Both the position numbers and the translations under genes were made by a program. Shown piece by piece: positions 59,901 through 64,000 of a stretch of DNA of 64,000 nt. Source of the stretch: Orbicella franksi (taxonomy: Eukaryota); contig OZ116707.1 in assembly GCA_964199315.1 (NCBI GenBank), forward strand, positions 26,040,001 to 26,104,000, written 5' to 3'. The notes beneath the pieces were generated by a model. It ran no database searches, was not told the DNA's origin, and saw nothing but the letters and a program-made list of their open reading frames with translations. Each line of letters starts with the position of its first letter. Position 1 is the first letter of the stretch.

Positions 59901-62900
59901 CAAAAAAAAACCTTCATATTTATATTGATTTTGTAAATTATATATTACATTCATTTAATTACTTAATCCCACTTGACAATGACAGTTTTGTTGATAATGC
60001 TGTCATGTCATGAGGATGGCAAATATGAAGCGTTATTAGGGTCAAAATTAGAATGCAAATTATGTTATGGTGTTTCATATTTTATTCGGCCACACTGATG
60101 AATTATGTTCAAAAGTTTGATCGCATTATGTTCCGCTCTTTTGAATTATGTTCGGAAGTTTGAATTTATTATAGAATACTACCGTTTGTAAATTGTGTTC
60201 AGCTTTTAAGAGTAATGTTCAGAATGTTTAGCTTATAATTGCTTTGGTTATTTTCTTGATTTATGTTTTGACTTATGGAGTGCGGCTTCTTCGAATTATG
60301 TTCGGCAAGTGGATCGGAGGCTCGCAGCAGGAAACTCACAAGCAGTCCTGGGACGAGTAAATTTTCCTGCGCTTTCAATAATTTATTCCAATTATTACCA
60401 GTGTTGGTGTGCTGTTCAAATCAATATGGCGGACGAGTCAATTACTCAGATCACTTTCGAATTGGGCAGACGTATAGCCACAAATAGCCTCCTATAGCCA
60501 CAATTTGGAAATTCTCTCATTGATCCTTCCACTATCCAAAGCTTCATCAGAAATATCTGAATATCTTTGCCTAACAAAAGTTTCATACTCAGGAATTCTC
60601 CATTTAACAGTGCTTCCACTGACACCAAGCAGAGATGCGATCTCTCTGGATTTAAACCCCAAGTCTAATGAAAACTCGAGCTGACCCTCTGAAATAATAA
60701 AGCGTGGTCTTTATTGTTCGCTAGTACCAGTAATCTCTGCTTGAAACGAGACACTGGACTGACTAAAATCATCATTTTGTTTCACTTTGTCTCATAACTT
60801 CCATGGCTTCGTGAGTGACGGCCATTACAGCTTCTCCAGATGGAATGAGATCACTGTAACGCACAATTGTACAACCAGTGAAGGCAGAATTGTTGAAAAT
60901 CACTCTGACAAGCACTTCGTTCAATCAAATCGATTATATCACTTGCATGTCTGCCCAATTAGCTCCAATTTAAAAGTGATCGTCTTGTCCACCATACCAC
61001 CAACACTGGTAATAATTGGAATAAATTATTGAAAGTGCAGGAAAATTTACTCGTCCCAGGACTGCTCGTGAGTTTCCTGCCGCCAGGCTCCAATCCACTT
61101 GCCGAACATAATTCAAAGAAGTTGCATTCCATAATTCAAAACATAAATCAAGAAAACAACCAAAGCAATTATAAGCTAAACATTCCGAACATAACTCTTA
61201 AAAGCCGAACATAATTTACAAACGGTTTAATAGTATTCTATAATAAGTTCAAACTTCCGAACATAATTCAAAAGAGTGGAACATAATTCGATCAAAAGTT
61301 CGAACGTAATTCATCAGTGTAGCCAAATAAAATACAAAACACCATAACATAATATGCATTAAATTTTGACCCTAATAATGCTTCATAGGCAAAATCTTGT
61401 TGGCTTCTTATTTCACTAATTTATATTATATAACATGTTTCTCCAAAGTGTCTCTGATTTGATACTTTCTTATGTAATATTTTTAAGGCCATTGAGTTAA
61501 TGTTTGGTAATTAAATTTATTTAATATCTGCTTTATTTCTAATATCTTGCAGAAAGGGAATGGACCCCTTCCCCCAACCAATAATTTAAATGTCAATTCT
61601 TTAGCTATATATTTTCATAAGAACCAGTTGTAACTCTTGTGCAATCCTGGTTAATTCTTTTCACACTTTCTGTTTCAGAGGAGGTATCAAGTGACTTACC
61701 CCCTTCACGTGAGCAGCGTGTGGAACAAAAACGTTTTTACTTTGATGTTGGTAGCAACGCAAGAGGAGTATATTTGAGGATTTCCGAGGTAAGCACATGG
61801 CTTTATATTGGGCAGTCAACTGACTGCAAATGGTCTCTTTTTCTCCAGCATGGATCTAAGAATGAGACATGGTTACAGGGGCATTTTCTCAAATGTGCAC
61901 AAAGGAATACATTACTTGCAAAAAAAATTACTTGAAAAAAAGGAAGTTTAATTTTCAGACACTTGTTATCTCATTTTGGACAAATTTAGGACAAGAAATT
62001 CGGGACCTTTGCTGGAACATAACTTAAGCAAATTCACGCCTGTAAAACACAAATTAGATTGAATCAACTGCACCAACAAGAAAATAACTCAAATTTTATC
62101 AAGCTGTTACGCATCTCAAGCAGTTTCTTAACTGGAGTTCGCGACCATAAAGGAAACTAAGAGCTTTAGAGCTACTGTACCTTAAAGTTTTATACAGTAC
62201 TGTTAACATTTCACACACGTAAAATTTCATACGCTAAAAAATTTCAGGCGATTTAATTTCCAGCACTTTTTTGTGTGAAATTAAAATAATCTGAAATTTT
62301 TTGCCAGTAATGTATATTAATTGCATTGGTTTTAATAAATTATTATTAGTCAGATCCAGTTGTCTTCCTTGTGTGTTATTGTTAAGCACTAGCAGCCACC
62401 CCCTCTCTCGTTACCACCCAGATAAACCTCATTTCAGAAGCAAGAGATTGTTACCAAAGTGAACACTGCATGAGCCAGTTTTGATATACTTGTCACCCAC
62501 CACAACTCCTACGTTGCTTGGTCACAATCATGAGTTTAAAATGGCGCTGAGACTTGGGACTAAAGGAGAATTTAGTGTTGGGCAAATAAATTCCCAGGAG
62601 ATGATGTTGATGTAGTTAGTAACTTCTAGCTGTTTATTTATTTTTACATGTCTAATGACATCTACTTTTTTCCTTTCCAGGTAACAGCCAATTATCGAAA
62701 TTCGATCACAATACCCAAAAGAGGGTGGGTAAACATGAGGGATATTATAGGTGAGTCGAACATGTACCAGTCCATTGCAATCTGATTAAATTTATATTCT
62801 TAGCTCTGCATGTATGTGTTGAACCTGAAGGTTATACCAAGTTTATCAGTCTTGTTTACCAATAGAGATGTGGAAGTAGCGTGCAAAGTTGTCCTATACT

Positions 62901-63633
62901 GTAGAGATTGTTAGCTGTTGTTTATCAGATATACTTGAATGTAAATATATAATGTAAATACCATTGTTGTTTGTTTAAAGTGCTTCTAGGATGAAATGTT
63001 TACTTTTTGCAATCACTGCAGGGGGCATCCTCTTGTCATCCCTGCTTTTGAGGTTATATTACAGTGGTCATGTGCATATCTTTATGCTAACACAATGTAC
63101 AAATGAAATACACCACTTAGTTTGTTTGTGAGTTAGGCACTCGTACTGACAGTGATTAAACATTCCATTTGTTTGTCTGTATGTTTGTTTTCCATACATA
63201 TTATTATTATTTTTTTAGTAACTTAACAAAAAGTGTTCATTGACAGGGGAACTTATTTTTCAAGATTGTGATGTCTTTTAATTACACATACCAATCATGC
63301 GAGGGAAAATGTGCAGTTCCAGAAAATATCCATACTCTCCCCCAGTGTAGGGATTAGAATTTCCTGGGAGGTGAGGACGTGAATGAGGAGTTCTGTAAGA
63401 CCTAAAAATTTAAAGAAATGTATGAAGCTTAATTGGAATTTCCAGAGGGGTGGGGAGTCTTTGAAAAAATCACTTCTGTGGCGGAAGTATGGATATTTTC
63501 TGGAACTACATGATGGTAAATAACGGATAAAATGTGAGCTCATCTTTTGTCAGATGACTTCGTCAAGAAGATGGAAGACGATGAAGAGGAGGAGGATGAA
63601 GAGGACGAAGAAGAAGAAGAAAGAGGGGACTAG
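53956..63633 (+). CDS. PURA: Pur-alpha/beta family ssDNA/RNA-binding protein (three PUR repeats, acidic C-tail); 9 exons, 272 aa
   Basis: Exons 53956-54067, 54279-54379, 57729-57831, 58205-58250, 58715-58790, 59385-59505, 61679-61788, 62681-62750, 63554-63633; all introns GT-AG and in frame. PUR repeats [39 protein letters not shown] and [30 protein letters not shown]. It is probably co-orthologous to vertebrate PURA/PURB/PURG. Confidence 0.96.
56572..56733. mobile_element. Degenerate short MITE in Pur intron 2
   Basis: Left end TAGACTGTGAGCAGT...GCTCGAAAATC and a degenerate right end GAAAAGAGACTGC. Confidence 0.4.
60024..61387 (-). mobile_element. Internally deleted IS3EU-like DNA transposon with ~390-bp TIRs in Pur intron 6
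   Basis: TIRs about 60024-60410 and 61000-61387; termini TAT...ATA; 6-bp TSD GGCAAA (60018-60023, 61388-61393). Internal minus-strand remnant [66 protein letters not shown]. Confidence 0.82.
63310..63511. mobile_element. MITE in the last Pur intron
   Basis: TIRs TGTGCAGTTCCAGAAAATATCCATAC ... GTATGGATATTTTCTGGAACTACAT. Confidence 0.8.
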
Positions 63634-64000
63634 CCCAGTGTCCTCTCCAAAGCCTCCTGACTTCTCTCTATTTCTTTCTCTCACTTTCTCTTTCTCTCCA
63701 TTCCCCCTCCTCTCAAAACACAAAACTCTATTACTTATAGTAAATAGCCATCCCCCAAAAACACAATACATGGCCTCCTTTCTCCTCCCCGCCTCCCGAA
63801 AAATAATACGAACACTTTTAAAATAATATCAGAAGCAAACTTAACTGGCTTTCGTGTTTTGTAAACAGAAAGCCAAATTTATTCTTATTTCAGAGGGTGC
63901 AAGAAATTTTAACTCTGCAGATTACATTTTTTGTTGTAATCGCTTCGGCTTTTGAATGCCATGCACAGAAAAAAGAACGGAATTTAATACTAAATTTCCT

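Noticed and set aside
63554-63826. ORF-track 90-aa basic ORF ([14 protein letters not shown]…)
   Set aside because: It is the wrong frame of the last Pur exon, which encodes the acidic tail [13 protein letters not shown]….

Overview
This is eukaryotic, AT-rich, intron-containing DNA. The receptor families and the repeat repertoire suggest a cnidarian, most likely a stony coral (inference). No prokaryotic operons, CRISPR arrays or rRNA were found. Left half: three tandem paralogous class A GPCR genes, each with a single coding exon (10281-11234, 16979-17974, 24073-25023) and a non-coding 5' exon, followed by an unrelated intronless peptide-receptor-like GPCR (27999-28976). Middle: a decayed L1/Tx1-type LINE, a 5'-truncated RTE retroposon, and a 5-exon gene that the ORF track does not show intact (33961-36614). 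That gene reconstructs to a 227-aa secreted, acidic, Cys-free protein with two duplicated 42-aa exons and a 12-aa repeat tail. Right half: FAF2/UBXD8 (minus strand, 13 exons, 454 aa) and a Pur-alpha/beta family gene (plus strand, 9 exons, 272 aa) arranged head-to-head. A 91-bp-arm palindrome and a CArG box lie between them. Many MITEs are present. The most notable observations are: the orphan secreted protein; GPCR C-terminal tails built from a 3'-UTR minisatellite, which decides whether a PDZ motif is present; an unusual GPCR pocket (D3.32 plus E7.39, no C3.25); a tRNA-derived SINE fused to a 42-bp copy of the downstream GPCR CDS; and an IS3EU-like element with ~390-bp TIRs in a Pur intron. 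All gene models were spliced by hand and no database searches were run.
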